Shown piece after piece: positions 9,455 to 18,700 of a DNA stretch of 64,000 bases. Both the position numbers and the translations under genes were made by a program. This stretch comes from a virus. Location of the stretch: positions 96,001 through 160,000 of IMG/VR virus record IMGVR_UViG_3300050821_002122. One strand, written 5' to 3'. Numbering within the stretch: position 1 is the stretch's first letter; the number at the start of each line of letters is the position of its first letter. The notes below the pieces were generated by a model. The model worked only from the letters and a program-made list of their open reading frames with translations, was not told where the DNA came from and made no database searches.

Positions 9455-9700
9455 TTATTCTCGCGTTGTGATAGTGAATGGGATGTGTGGCATTGGCTGC
9501 TGTCGCTCCTCAATTACCATAATTGGATTGCGTGCTTGGATGTTGCGCAGCGCAGTTGCCATGTATTCGGCAGAGATAAGTTGGAACCGATTCAAGCCGA
9601 CATACTGGGTGGTGAAGCCTGCGTCAGTAAGCGCTTTATTTATCAGTTCAACCAAAATATGTTTGCCTTCACCGGCGATACCTTCGACTATGACTTTCAT
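9455..9700 (-). CDS. Hypothetical protein with P-loop-like N-terminus
   Basis: VIVEGIAGEGKH; only 81 aa. Confidence 0.45.
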   Translation of the reverse strand: MKVIVEGIAGEGKHILVELINKALTDAGFTTQYVGLNRFQLISAEYMATALRNIQARNPIMVIEERQQPMPHIPFTITTRE

Positions 9701-9707
9701 GGTTACC

Positions 9708-10091
9708 TCAGAGTAGGAAACAACTTACTTGATCGATGATACGCTCACCATCCCATTTCAACACGTAGAGACAATTGGCTGGGAGCAAAAGTTCATCCGA
9801 AGTGAAATACGCATCAGTGATGAGGTGCATGCCAAACATGGTAGCTACATACCCGGTAAGAACTTCCTCACGGCTTCGGGGCTCGATAGCCACTATGAAT
9901 CCATCGCTACCCATTACTGACCCGTAGGTCTTGGAGCCAAAGGCAACCACAATATCGCCTTTTGTTTTCTTGGTTAGCGACTGGTGCATGGATGCCAACA
10001 ACTGAATCGAAAATGGTAAATCGAACTTCGGCTCAGTTCCAGTAGATTGATCGACCAAGCTAAGGATTGATTTGATGTCTTCGGTTTTCAT
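9708..10091 (-). CDS. Hypothetical protein, paralog of 5419..5814
   Basis: IEP.S.EE..TGYVATMFGMHLITDAYF. Confidence 0.6.
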   Translation of the reverse strand: MKTEDIKSILSLVDQSTGTEPKFDLPFSIQLLASMHQSLTKKTKGDIVVAFGSKTYGSVMGSDGFIVAIEPRSREEVLTGYVATMFGMHLITDAYFTSDELLLPANCLYVLKWDGERIIDQVSCFLL

Positions 10092-10411
10092 TAGACCGCC
10101 ATAGGCGCTTTGATAGCCGCATGATGTTTATAGTTCAGTAGATGGATATCGTTTGGAGCAAGTCCGCTGACTAATTCATCGAGCGACAAGATTGTAGCCC
10201 CAACAGGAACCACTATATCGAGTTCGGGCGGATCGAATGGCTTCCGGCTCAACTGTTCTTCCACCTGATCCAAATGGTTCACGTAGATGTGGGTATCCGA
10301 TAGGAACATCGTCAGCGTTGCTGCGGTGCGGCCAGTCCAGGCAGCGAATAGTCCCAGCAGCAGTGCATAGCCGGCGATGTTGAATGGTGCGCCCAAAAAT
10401 AAATCTACTGA
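10091..10411 (-). CDS. thyA: Thymidylate synthase exon 2
   Basis: SVDLFLGAPFNIAGY, DTHIYVNH, IKAPMAV C-terminus; begins right after intron end GAACATAATG. Confidence 0.92.
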   Translation of the reverse strand, partial: SVDLFLGAPFNIAGYALLLGLFAAWTGRTAATLTMFLSDTHIYVNHLDQVEEQLSRKPFDPPELDIVVPVGATILSLDELVSGLAPNDIHLLNYKHHAAIKAPMAV

Positions 10412-11541
10412 CATTATGTTCGATGTGGTTCGCGATACCACACCCGCTAGCTTTGGGCCTCAGCTAACTGCTGCATGTTACCATGCAGAGCAGACTATAT
10501 CACGCTCCTACAAGGAGCCCTTTCTTTTCGAGTGCGCTTGCACCCTACTCTACTTGCTTCCGCACATGCGGGCTTTCGATAGTCGTTAGGCATTTAATCT
10601 ACATACGAGTAATCTGGATAATTCTTGGAACGAATACGATTTAGGATGGTTGCGGTAACTACACCAAGTTTTCTTGCTGCTGCTGTCATGCTTACGTAGG
10701 TTTTTTTACCAATTCGAACCCTCCGCGTGTTGGGAGGAAGTTTACCTTTGTTAAGCTCTGACAAAAGCTGTTTTGTTTTCTTGGTATGTACTTTACCAGC
10801 GAACGAATTCACGTAATCATCGGCAGCCACTCGTGCCAATGCTGATTTTCGATAATTTTCTCTGGCTTCAGGTGTAGTGATGCGCCCGACAGCCTTTTGA
10901 TTACCTAACATGGCATCTGAAAGAATCTTTCTAACTTTTTTAGTATGCGTGTTTCCATACATACCGTTAAGCTCACCAGGTCTGCCCCACGTTTCATCTC
11001 GTTCGTCTTGAGTCATTGCAGCGATGTTCTTATGCATTGTGGTTTTGATCTGCGCTATTATTTCAGTGCGCCTACCATTACGCGTAAGATTATCACCACC
11101 GACAGCGCGCATTCCAATAGTCAATGCTTTTTTATTTTGAAGATTTTTTCGTATTAATTTATCTTCAAGTTTATAAGCATCTCCCCTATCAAGTAGTTTT
11201 ACCACGGTAAAAGTCAGATCAGACGCACCATATTTATCATACAGTTTTTGTAACTTCTGATTTATATGGTCACCACTTGCCAATGCCTTAAGGTGGCCTC
11301 TCTTCCGCGCTCGCATGTTTTTTGAACTACCGTGATAGAATTTTCCAGTTGCTGCACTCGTTATTTTGTAAACACCGCATAGTATTTTCATGACACCTCC
11401 CATTTGGTAGCATCATTAAATTGTGTAGCTAAAAGCGATGTCTAGAATGTAGATATTTAGCACGGGATTGGGTCTGTGACCGTTCCCCGTTTAGAAAGGT
11501 TTGCTAGATAGGTTGCCCTATCAAGGCGCTCAGTGTATCGA
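10412..11541 (-). mobile_element. Group I (IA2, T4 td-like) intron, 1130 nt
   Basis: CTAAACGGGGAA..CAATCCCGTGCTAAAT, AAATGCCTAACGACTA, GATATAGTCTGCTCTGCATGGTAACATGCAGC and terminal GAACATAATG match recalled td intron; P1 (GCGU/UCG with UGAGCGC) and P10 (ACUGA with exon 2 UCAGU) pair; removal restores MLMR-SVDLFLG. Confidence 0.93.
10594..11391 (-). CDS. Intron-encoded GIY-YIG homing endonuclease (I-TevI/I-BmoI family)
   Basis: GVYKI..KFYHGSS, NUMOD3-like HTKK repeats, C-terminal HTH (SMTAAARKLGV); GGAGG RBS before ATG 11391. Confidence 0.9.
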   Translation of the reverse strand: MKILCGVYKITSAATGKFYHGSSKNMRARKRGHLKALASGDHINQKLQKLYDKYGASDLTFTVVKLLDRGDAYKLEDKLIRKNLQNKKALTIGMRAVGGDNLTRNGRRTEIIAQIKTTMHKNIAAMTQDERDETWGRPGELNGMYGNTHTKKVRKILSDAMLGNQKAVGRITTPEARENYRKSALARVAADDYVNSFAGKVHTKKTKQLLSELNKGKLPPNTRRVRIGKKTYVSMTAAARKLGVVTATILNRIRSKNYPDYSYVD

Positions 11542-12165
11542 ACGCATGAGCATTGTCATATGCAAAGTGCCATCTGAGCGCGGCAGGAATTGGAAACTCA
11601 TGTGGCACGCAGGCAAAGCGATCTTATCGATTACCGCCGGATTCCACGCAGTGACGATGATGCGGCGGCTCTGGCTATTGTTCCGAATGTCATTCAAGGC
11701 GTTAGCCAATTGGTCGATACGTTGCTGGGCCACAATGCCGGTTTTGCCTTCCCAGACAAAATCAAATATGGGCATCAGGTGGTCCGGCAAGAAAGGTGCC
11801 TCAGTTAGAATTTGTGGCTGACCTGCCCAGTTACGCCACTGACTGCCGTAGACTGGTCCCAGATCGTCTACGCCTTTACGGTTCGGATTGGCCAACCACG
11901 CAGCGTTCTCGTTGGCGTTCTGATCCCAGACCTTACACCCGTTTGCCCTGAACTCGGCTGCTGATGTGGCGCCATTCAGGAAGCTGATGTATTCACCCTT
12001 GACTGAATCGAAGGCCAGCTTCTTGGTTGTGGTTGCTGGGAAGCCGTCGCGCAGATCGTAGCGCAGCATCTCACCTGGTGTAGTGATCGTGTCGATGCCA
12101 GTACGGTTGGGTTCACGCTGGCCGACGGTCAAAACGTGCTTCATCAAATCTTGGTAGTTTTTCAT
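11542..12165 (-). CDS. thyA: Thymidylate synthase exon 1
   Basis: NRTGIDT, GFPATTTKK, DLGPVYGSQWR, SRRIIVTAWNP, catalytic LPACH; exon ends at Arg codon CGT. Confidence 0.93.
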
Positions 12166-12236
12166 TTTTGCTTCCTATTAATGAATATCGAAAAATACGG
12201 AGGTGGAATCTTGTGGTATTCCACCTCCGCTTTCTG

Positions 12237-12461
12237 TTACAGACCGTCGCCTACGCCCTCCAGGGGAATCAGCGCACTTGGGTAAAACAGGCCATCGGCA
12301 ATCTCAACTGCGACACCATGTTGCGTGCCATCCGCACCAGTGAAATAGCCGTAAAGATTGCCCTGCTCATCCCGGCGAATGAAGCCCACATGACGCACGT
12401 TGTTGGCATGCCATTCGTATGCACCCACACCAGTTACTTCCGAACCTTTAAGACCGACCAT
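12237..12461 (-). CDS. Hypothetical protein; matches C-terminus of 13015..13413
   Basis: RHVGFIRRDEQGNLYGYFTGADG; GGAG RBS. Confidence 0.55.
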   Translation of the reverse strand: MVGLKGSEVTGVGAYEWHANNVRHVGFIRRDEQGNLYGYFTGADGTQHGVAVEIADGLFYPSALIPLEGVGDGL

Positions 12462-12462
12462 T

Positions 12463-12666
12463 TTATTCTCCTTGAATTGTTACCTCGTCCCATTTGGAAC
12501 GACAGGCGTCTTCGATGTAATCCAAAATTTCTTCCAACGACATACGGTCATCAAAACAGCAACCATATCCTTCAGCACAGCCCATATACTTCGCCGTAAA
12601 ATGCCAACTGTTATACTCAAGAGTCTTGCCCGCAAGTAGCAACTGCCTTGCCTTCGCCCTGTCCAT
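12463..12666 (-). CDS. Hypothetical protein
   Basis: 67 aa with GAAGGTG RBS; lies within 3' end of the 181 aa ORF. Confidence 0.45.
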   Translation of the reverse strand: MDRAKARQLLLAGKTLEYNSWHFTAKYMGCAEGYGCCFDDRMSLEEILDYIEDACRSKWDEVTIQGE

Positions 12667-13025
12667 GACTCACCTTCTTTTTTGTAGATACCACGAGTTG
12701 TCCAGTCAAACTTACGATTGTACGGCTGCAGGTCAGCCTTATATGCTGCCCACACGGCTTTGCGTTCGGCAGCTTCTTTTTCTTGCTTAACCACAAGTTC
12801 GTTATACTGAGCGTCAGCAGCAGCCTTTGCTTCGGGTGTTGCCAGCATGCGTCGCGCGATGCCCATACGTGTGTTAGCAAGATACAGGCTATCTGCTAGA
12901 CCACAACCTAACGCATTCAACGAAGCATAGCCTAACGAATACGGCACACCATAGTGATGCATGTGAACGCGGTTACGATACGCCCAGTAGGCTTTCGACA
13001 GGTAGCGTTGGTGCTTACGTTTCAT
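12480..13025 (-). CDS. Hypothetical protein (3' end uncertain)
   Basis: Fills gap; last ~60 codons overlap the neighbouring ORF. Confidence 0.45.
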   Translation of the reverse strand: MKRKHQRYLSKAYWAYRNRVHMHHYGVPYSLGYASLNALGCGLADSLYLANTRMGIARRMLATPEAKAAADAQYNELVVKQEKEAAERKAVWAAYKADLQPYNRKFDWTTRGIYKKEGESWTGRRQGSCYLRARLLSITVGILRRSIWAVLKDMVAVLMTVCRWKKFWITSKTPVVPNGTR

Positions 13026-13413
13026 TGAAAAACTCCGTCATACTGATATGAAAGAACAGACCTTCCGCAAACGTACCGTCACCGTAGTCCAAGATAATGG
13101 CACGCACGCTACCGTCTGCTGCCACGAAACTACCGCTCAGGTAACCACGCTTGTCGCGTTGAATGAAACCCAGATGTCGCATGCCTTGATTTTGCCATAT
13201 GTAAGCACCTTCGCCCACTTTATCCGCAGTGATACCCTTCATTGTTGCCTCCAAGATCTTCGGCTTGAACGAATCGCAATCTTGGCCGTCATTGGCAAGA
13301 TTGAACGTGTACTTGAACCCGCTAGCTGTCTTGTCCTTCCAGCAGCCGAGGCGCACACCAACCGCACTACAGTTTGGATACGCATGCACGCAGGTACCGC
13401 AGTTCTTGGTCAT
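13015..13413 (-). CDS. Hypothetical Cys-rich protein
   Basis: Start MTKNCGTC at 13413 (ATGA overlap). Confidence 0.55.
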   Translation of the reverse strand: MTKNCGTCVHAYPNCSAVGVRLGCWKDKTASGFKYTFNLANDGQDCDSFKPKILEATMKGITADKVGEGAYIWQNQGMRHLGFIQRDKRGYLSGSFVAADGSVRAIILDYGDGTFAEGLFFHISMTEFFNET

Positions 13414-13733
13414 AGGTCCGCCATATAGATAGCTGACGGACGCATGCTGATCCTGTAGTCGCCGTCGTAGACATTGAAGTCTTCGACTGGGCCATCGTTG
13501 ACTGTATCGGTCTTCAACACATAGTGAACCTGACAACCAGCAATCGTTGTGTTGCCGACCTGCATGTACCAATTGGCGGACTTACCGTTTGGCCTGATAC
13601 CCAACGTATCCTCGGCTGTGCAGACACCATTTAGGGTGCCGAAGATAGCTCGGTACTGTTTGCCGTCAGCACCATAGAACCAGCTGTCTACGGTCACCAG
13701 AACTTTGTCACCAACCTGAGCGTTAATCATCAT
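13410..13733 (-). CDS. Hypothetical protein
   Basis: 107 aa, ATGA overlaps at both ends. Confidence 0.6.
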   Translation of the reverse strand: MMINAQVGDKVLVTVDSWFYGADGKQYRAIFGTLNGVCTAEDTLGIRPNGKSANWYMQVGNTTIAGCQVHYVLKTDTVNDGPVEDFNVYDGDYRISMRPSAIYMADL

Positions 13734-14260
13734 TGCACCATGAATGGTATGTGGAAGTGCTTCAGAGCCAACTCAACCTGCAGAGTGGACCAATCGAAAA
13801 GCGGGTACACGTATTGCTGACCATGTTCACCCAGTTCGAGGTACATGGGCATTTGTTCGATTGGCCACTGTACACCCCTGACGTCAAGCGTCTTACCTGG
13901 ATGGCGATCCATACGCAAACCACTGATGCACGTAATAAGACCCATTTCTTTAGCGTCAGCAGCCGCAGGCGCCGAGTAGTAATACTGCGTCAGCGTCTTG
14001 GTAAGCTCAGGCGCAGTAACACCAGGTTCGATGTTGAATACAACCGGGCATCCGATGCTGGCCTCACCAAGCAGTTCCATTATAAGAGTCGATGAGCGGC
14101 CACCGCTGTGTGCAACGTAGAGGCTATCACGGTCAAACGGGATTGCCTTCAATCGCTTGATGGTTTCTTCGATCATACCTGGTACAGTGCCGGTCATGAA
14201 TGCCAGGTATTCAGGAGTATGGCCTTGAGCAGCCAAGTAGCGGTCATCGATCAGTTGCAT
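13730..14260 (-). CDS. Degenerate PP-loop (PAPS-reductase-like) protein
   Basis: LYVAHSGGRSS, ISGLR, YPLFDWS..QV; GGAG RBS before ATG 14260; paralog of 19781..20371. Confidence 0.6.
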   Translation of the reverse strand: MQLIDDRYLAAQGHTPEYLAFMTGTVPGMIEETIKRLKAIPFDRDSLYVAHSGGRSSTLIMELLGEASIGCPVVFNIEPGVTAPELTKTLTQYYYSAPAAADAKEMGLITCISGLRMDRHPGKTLDVRGVQWPIEQMPMYLELGEHGQQYVYPLFDWSTLQVELALKHFHIPFMVQ

Positions 14261-14441
14261 TGTCGTCTCCATCGTATGGTGGTGGGGTTTGGGTCTGCGT
14301 TTCTCCACACATGGGACAACCGTCCTGCGTGTAGTGAATGTTGTCCACAGTTTGGATATGTGCAGGGTACCAATTGCCGCACAAACACTGTGCTACAATC
14401 TGAGGTTTATCTTTGCATGCCTTCCAGTCCAAGACCATCAC
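14244..14441 (-). CDS. Small zinc-ribbon protein
   Basis: CLC..CPMC. Confidence 0.5.
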   Translation of the reverse strand: MMVLDWKACKDKPQIVAQCLCGNWYPAHIQTVDNIHYTQDGCPMCGETQTQTPPPYDGDDNATDR

Positions 14442-15124
14442 GTTGCTCCTTTGGTTTGCTCCACCATACGGTAGAATTCTTCTTTTAGGGATTTGTCGGT
14501 GCGCATTTCACCACGCATCACGGAGGTGACCATACGACTACCTTGATCCTTCACACCGCGGTGGCCGCAGCACAAATGATTGCCCACGACCATAACGGCC
14601 AGACCTAATGGTTCGGTCAACGCCTCCAGCTCATTAGCTATCTGATCTGTAAGTTCCTCCTGAATTTGCGGGCGGCTTGCTATATGAGCCACGATGCGAT
14701 GGAACTTGGAGAGGCCGATCAGTTTGTCTTGAGGTAAGACACCGATGTAGGCCTGTCCGGTAATAGGTACCAGATGGTGGGCACATGAGCTACGCATATT
14801 AATGGGGCCAACGACGTATAGCTCATCGACCTTATTCACGTTAGGGAATTCAGTGACATCGGGCATCGGAACATACCGACCGTTGAAGGTCTCCAATACC
14901 AGCATCTTGGCAAAGCGACGAGCGGTATCTGCCGAGTTATGATCGTTCTTCGTGTCGATGACCAGCGACTTTAGCACTGCCTGCATTTTGGTAGCAACCT
15001 CATCGACCAACAGTGGTATGTCTTTCTCATCGATTGCCGACGAGATGTTGTCGTTGCTGAAGAACCGCATTTTACCTGCTGCGAGTCGGTCACGAATAAC
15101 ATCACTGATTGGTTTGATTTTCAT
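14438..15124 (-). CDS. folE: GTP cyclohydrolase I
   Basis: TARRFAKM, SSCAHHLVPI, GLSKFHRIV, RPQIQEELT, HLCCGHRGV; start MKIKP at 15124. Confidence 0.95.
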   Translation of the reverse strand: MKIKPISDVIRDRLAAGKMRFFSNDNISSAIDEKDIPLLVDEVATKMQAVLKSLVIDTKNDHNSADTARRFAKMLVLETFNGRYVPMPDVTEFPNVNKVDELYVVGPINMRSSCAHHLVPITGQAYIGVLPQDKLIGLSKFHRIVAHIASRPQIQEELTDQIANELEALTEPLGLAVMVVGNHLCCGHRGVKDQGSRMVTSVMRGEMRTDKSLKEEFYRMVEQTKGAT

Positions 15125-15909
15125 GCGATCCCCAGAAAAATATGTGCTTGAATACTGACGTTGATAGAGTGCTTCAGTGCGTAGGCTGCCGCGTATTGGA
15201 AGTTTGCTGCGGTCTGTACTTTGTCCACCAAGCCGTCTTCCCAGATGGAAGAAACTTCGCCCATGTACGCCTTCTGATAGATCACCATAGGTGACACGTA
15301 TATAGGCTTGTGGCTTTCTAGCGCCCAATCAGGAACCTCATGATGCGGGTTGTCTGGATCAGCAGATATAACAAACTTAAGGCAGTTAGCCCACCAGAGG
15401 ACGTCGTTGTTGATTTTCGGATACTTGCCAGTATTGACATTTGCTTTAGGCGAAACAACCGATACGAAACGTTTGGTCATCTTGCGACGCACTGCCTCCA
15501 AGTAGAACTTGGGCTGCGTACCGTTGGTTTCCAGTTGGATCGTCTCGAACATCGGCTCTGCCAAAACGATCAGATCGAGTAACGCCAGTTGCAACGTTGG
15601 TTCTCCGCCTGTGATGACCAGTATCTGTTTCTTGTTGTAGCCCTGGGTCATGATGAAGTCTAGCAACTCCTGCGGAGTGTAGGCATTAGCAGTATCGAAC
15701 TGGAAACTGGTATCGCAGAAGTGGCAGAAATCAGTCTTCGATCCGTAGTTGCAGCCAGCTAGGCGCACGAACATAGCTGGACGGCCCACCAAAGGACCCT
15801 CACCTTGATGCGTTGCGAAGACAGACGAAACCAACAGGCGACCATCCAGCGCCTTGTAATCTCGCGCAGATACATTGCGATCTGCGTTTTGGGGAATAAT
15901 TGGGATCAT
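15121..15909 (-). CDS. queE: 7-carboxy-7-deazaguanine synthase (radical SAM)
   Basis: FATHQGEG..GRPAMFVRLAGC, CX8CX2C, ITGGEP, ETNGT, SPK, SIQAH. Confidence 0.92.
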   Translation of the reverse strand: MIPIIPQNADRNVSARDYKALDGRLLVSSVFATHQGEGPLVGRPAMFVRLAGCNYGSKTDFCHFCDTSFQFDTANAYTPQELLDFIMTQGYNKKQILVITGGEPTLQLALLDLIVLAEPMFETIQLETNGTQPKFYLEAVRRKMTKRFVSVVSPKANVNTGKYPKINNDVLWWANCLKFVISADPDNPHHEVPDWALESHKPIYVSPMVIYQKAYMGEVSSIWEDGLVDKVQTAANFQYAAAYALKHSINVSIQAHIFLGIA

Positions 15910-15918
15910 GGTAATTCC

Positions 15919-16275
15919 TCAGTAGATCATTTTGTGATGGTCCTTGGTCTCGGCCAACTGGATACCATCGGATTTTGATTTGACGACTGCAGGTTTAAGT
16001 TCGCGTATGAAGCCCTTTATGAGCATAACCTCTGCATCGCGCTTCGGACGTACTGTTGACCGCATGTATAGACCTCGCGCATAAACAGCATCGCAGATCG
16101 GGATACCACAGACCTTCAGAGTGTCAACGTGATCGTAGATATATACATCGTTCGGTTTGCCAGCTTTGACCCAAGCATACACTGACTTGTAGGTCTCCTT
16201 GTCGATCCTGCCAAAGATCAGGCCACCTACTCGGCGTTTGACCTTACAGGAATTTGCGACTATGGAATTTTTCAT
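15919..16275 (-). CDS. Hypothetical protein inside deazaguanine cluster
   Basis: 118 aa between tgt-like gene and queE. Confidence 0.55.
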   Translation of the reverse strand: MKNSIVANSCKVKRRVGGLIFGRIDKETYKSVYAWVKAGKPNDVYIYDHVDTLKVCGIPICDAVYARGLYMRSTVRPKRDAEVMLIKGFIRELKPAVVKSKSDGIQLAETKDHHKMIY

Positions 16276-17530
16276 AGCTCCTCAGTATCTTGGTATAAAG
16301 TTCTTGATTGGGGACCTTACCCGTTGACCGAAACAACGACTTGGTCGTATTGGATTGTCGCAGGGTAGTGAATTTATCTTTCTCGATAATAGACTCAGCA
16401 TACTTAACAAACTTGTGGAATTCGTTGTACTTGAGCGTCAGGTTCAGTGTCTTGTAAATCTCTTCCAGCTTCACTGTGCCTTTAACGTACTGGTAGGCCA
16501 TGTCACTCATCAGCTTAGCCCACTGTGCGCGCACCCACAGGTTGTGGGCCTCCAGTACGTAGGTGTTGTTGACGATGCGGATGTCATCCAGCGCAAAGCA
16601 AACCGGACAGTTACAGGGCATCGCTTGGTGGTAAGTCTGTTTCTTGTGTAGGCTTATCGTCTGGAAGTCGTAAGTGTCGTACATGCCAACCAAAGCACCA
16701 AGGCGATGGCTAACCGAGTCGGCACCAATCGATTTGACGTAGCCTGACGAATCGAGCAATGCGTATATAAACAGCCAGAACTTGGAGGTGATACCAAGCA
16801 CATGGAAGTAGCGAGCGGATTTGTGGTAGCGTTGAACCACATACATCAAGCTCTCTAGAGCAGTGGTCACGTGATCGACGCCAGGAGCAGGTTTGATACC
16901 CAGACCTGCGATGGCTATAACCCTAGCCTTACGGTCTAGAACATCCAAGCGCGATTTGCGCCGAGCTAACGTTGATCCGTGACTGATGATTGCGAGATCG
17001 ATACCTGGCTTCAGATGCTTCAACATGAAGTCATCGTTGGCTTTAATCATCTTCGACACTGGGTCCCAGAACATATGCTCAGCAGCCGACGGCACCGGCA
17101 AGTCAAGGGGCATTGCGATGTTCGCCTTCACGTTGTAAAGCTTGACGAGATTGGTTGGGTCAACAAAGTCGACCGTACCTTTCAGCATTTGAAAGCCGCC
17201 GCTATCAACAATCGATTCGATGCCTTGCTGCTCGAATGGTTCTTTGATGAATCCACCGTGGATAGGATTGGCCAGAACCTTCGTGATGCCGCAGTTCTTT
17301 AGGAAGGACGAACTCAATGTTGGTACGATGACGTCGGCTTGGTCCTTCGATGTGACGCCACCGCGTGTAGAAGTATTGACGACAACGATGGTCTTCTCCT
17401 TCGCTCGCCATCTCTTGTACAGCTTACCGTGTTCGGATGTCTCCGCTTCATTTGGTTTGTTGGTAATCTGTATTTGAGTTGTGCGATCAGAGTAGCCCTC
17501 ACCACCGGCAGGAACGTAGCAGAGAGTCAT
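16244..17530 (-). CDS. tRNA/DNA guanine transglycosylase family (DpdA-like)
   Basis: DSGGFQ, PLD, SHG, HVLG, ADS, zinc site CNCPVC..H; phage context with folE/queD/queE. Confidence 0.85.
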   Translation of the reverse strand: MTLCYVPAGGEGYSDRTTQIQITNKPNEAETSEHGKLYKRWRAKEKTIVVVNTSTRGGVTSKDQADVIVPTLSSSFLKNCGITKVLANPIHGGFIKEPFEQQGIESIVDSGGFQMLKGTVDFVDPTNLVKLYNVKANIAMPLDLPVPSAAEHMFWDPVSKMIKANDDFMLKHLKPGIDLAIISHGSTLARRKSRLDVLDRKARVIAIAGLGIKPAPGVDHVTTALESLMYVVQRYHKSARYFHVLGITSKFWLFIYALLDSSGYVKSIGADSVSHRLGALVGMYDTYDFQTISLHKKQTYHQAMPCNCPVCFALDDIRIVNNTYVLEAHNLWVRAQWAKLMSDMAYQYVKGTVKLEEIYKTLNLTLKYNEFHKFVKYAESIIEKDKFTTLRQSNTTKSLFRSTGKVPNQELYTKILRSYEKFHSRKFL

Positions 17531-17555
17531 ATAGTCTTTCGTGATTAGATACTAC

Positions 17556-17563
17556 TATTTACT
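17556..17563 (-). promoter_or_regulatory. Candidate phage promoter AGTAAATA
   Basis: Intergenic, ~25 nt upstream of the ATG at 17530, just after a terminator. Confidence 0.6.
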
Positions 17564-17568
17564 GCGAC

Positions 17569-17600
17569 AAAAGGCACTGCTCTTGTTAGGAGTCAGTGCC
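17569..17600 (-). terminator. Rho-independent terminator
   Basis: GGCACTG..CAGTGCC stem followed by TTTT. Confidence 0.65.
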
Positions 17601-17608
17601 CAGTTGTC

Positions 17609-18700
17609 TCACAGGTCGAGTAGTTCGTTGATGATGTTGTCCATGCCGGAGGTATCGAGCGGCAACTTCGGACGCGGTGTATCGAATCGGCTTATCCACT
17701 TGCACGCCTGCTCGAAATCATCACCGTTCAAGCGCATGTTGAACTGGTACTGCCGAGTTACAAACTCATCGTGACTTAGGCCTGTTGATAGCAATGGTAC
17801 ACAGCCGTAGTGGACTGCTTCGGCTATGCAGTAGCCATAGTTCTCTTCAATTGAGTGCGAGACCATCATGTAAGCTTCAGCCAATTCGCGGTGATACTGC
17901 TCTTTGGTGAGACCGGGTTTGATGGTAATGATGCCGGCAGCAACCATGTTATTGAGCAGAAGGTTGTCCTCAACGCGACCGCGGAAGCCCGGTCGCCCGG
18001 TGCAGACCACAAATTCCCAATCAGGGAATTTATGCTTCAACTCCCTGAAAAGTTTGAGTGTCAAACTTGGTCGCTTCTCGTGGTCAAAGCGATTGGTCAG
18101 CACGACCTTTTTCTGCTTTTTTACGGCACCGAAATCATGGTATTCATCAAGGAACAGAGGATTCTTCGTGACCACGATTTTAGCCGGCCAGGCAGAACCG
18201 GTTAAACCACGCCGAGTAATAACGACTTGTTGATGATATTTGGAGCCCACGAAGACCTTATCCAACGCACTTAACCAGCCAACCTCGGTGTACTGCTGGT
18301 ACTCCTCTGCGATAGAGAACGCATCCTCTTTGGTATAGGATGCTGCATGCAGGAAGCCCGTCAGCTTCACATCTTTTAGGCCATTCATTTGAGCCATCAG
18401 CTTTACCGATTCCAAGCCCCAGAATTCGATATCACCGAAGAAGAAAATGTCGTCATTGCGGACTTCGCCACAATGGAACATGCGCGCGACTTCCTGCAAC
18501 TGCGTCATCTTGTAGTGGACGGTCGAGTTGATATCCAAGAAGGCGCCGACCTTAATTTCGTTGTCCAGTAGCGGCTTACCCTCTATGGTAAGAACCTCAA
18601 AGCCGAATCGCTCGAAGGCGAGTGGAAAGTTGCGGTACCATTGCTCCGTATAGCGCTCGGTGATAGGCTCGATAGGGACCATTATGATTCGACGTTTCAT
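17609..18700 (-). CDS. GT-B glycosyltransferase (GT4-like)
   Basis: TNRFDHEKRP, ENYGYCIAEA..GC (EX7E-like), HAASY. Confidence 0.85.
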   Translation of the reverse strand: MKRRIIMVPIEPITERYTEQWYRNFPLAFERFGFEVLTIEGKPLLDNEIKVGAFLDINSTVHYKMTQLQEVARMFHCGEVRNDDIFFFGDIEFWGLESVKLMAQMNGLKDVKLTGFLHAASYTKEDAFSIAEEYQQYTEVGWLSALDKVFVGSKYHQQVVITRRGLTGSAWPAKIVVTKNPLFLDEYHDFGAVKKQKKVVLTNRFDHEKRPSLTLKLFRELKHKFPDWEFVVCTGRPGFRGRVEDNLLLNNMVAAGIITIKPGLTKEQYHRELAEAYMMVSHSIEENYGYCIAEAVHYGCVPLLSTGLSHDEFVTRQYQFNMRLNGDDFEQACKWISRFDTPRPKLPLDTSGMDNIINELLDL

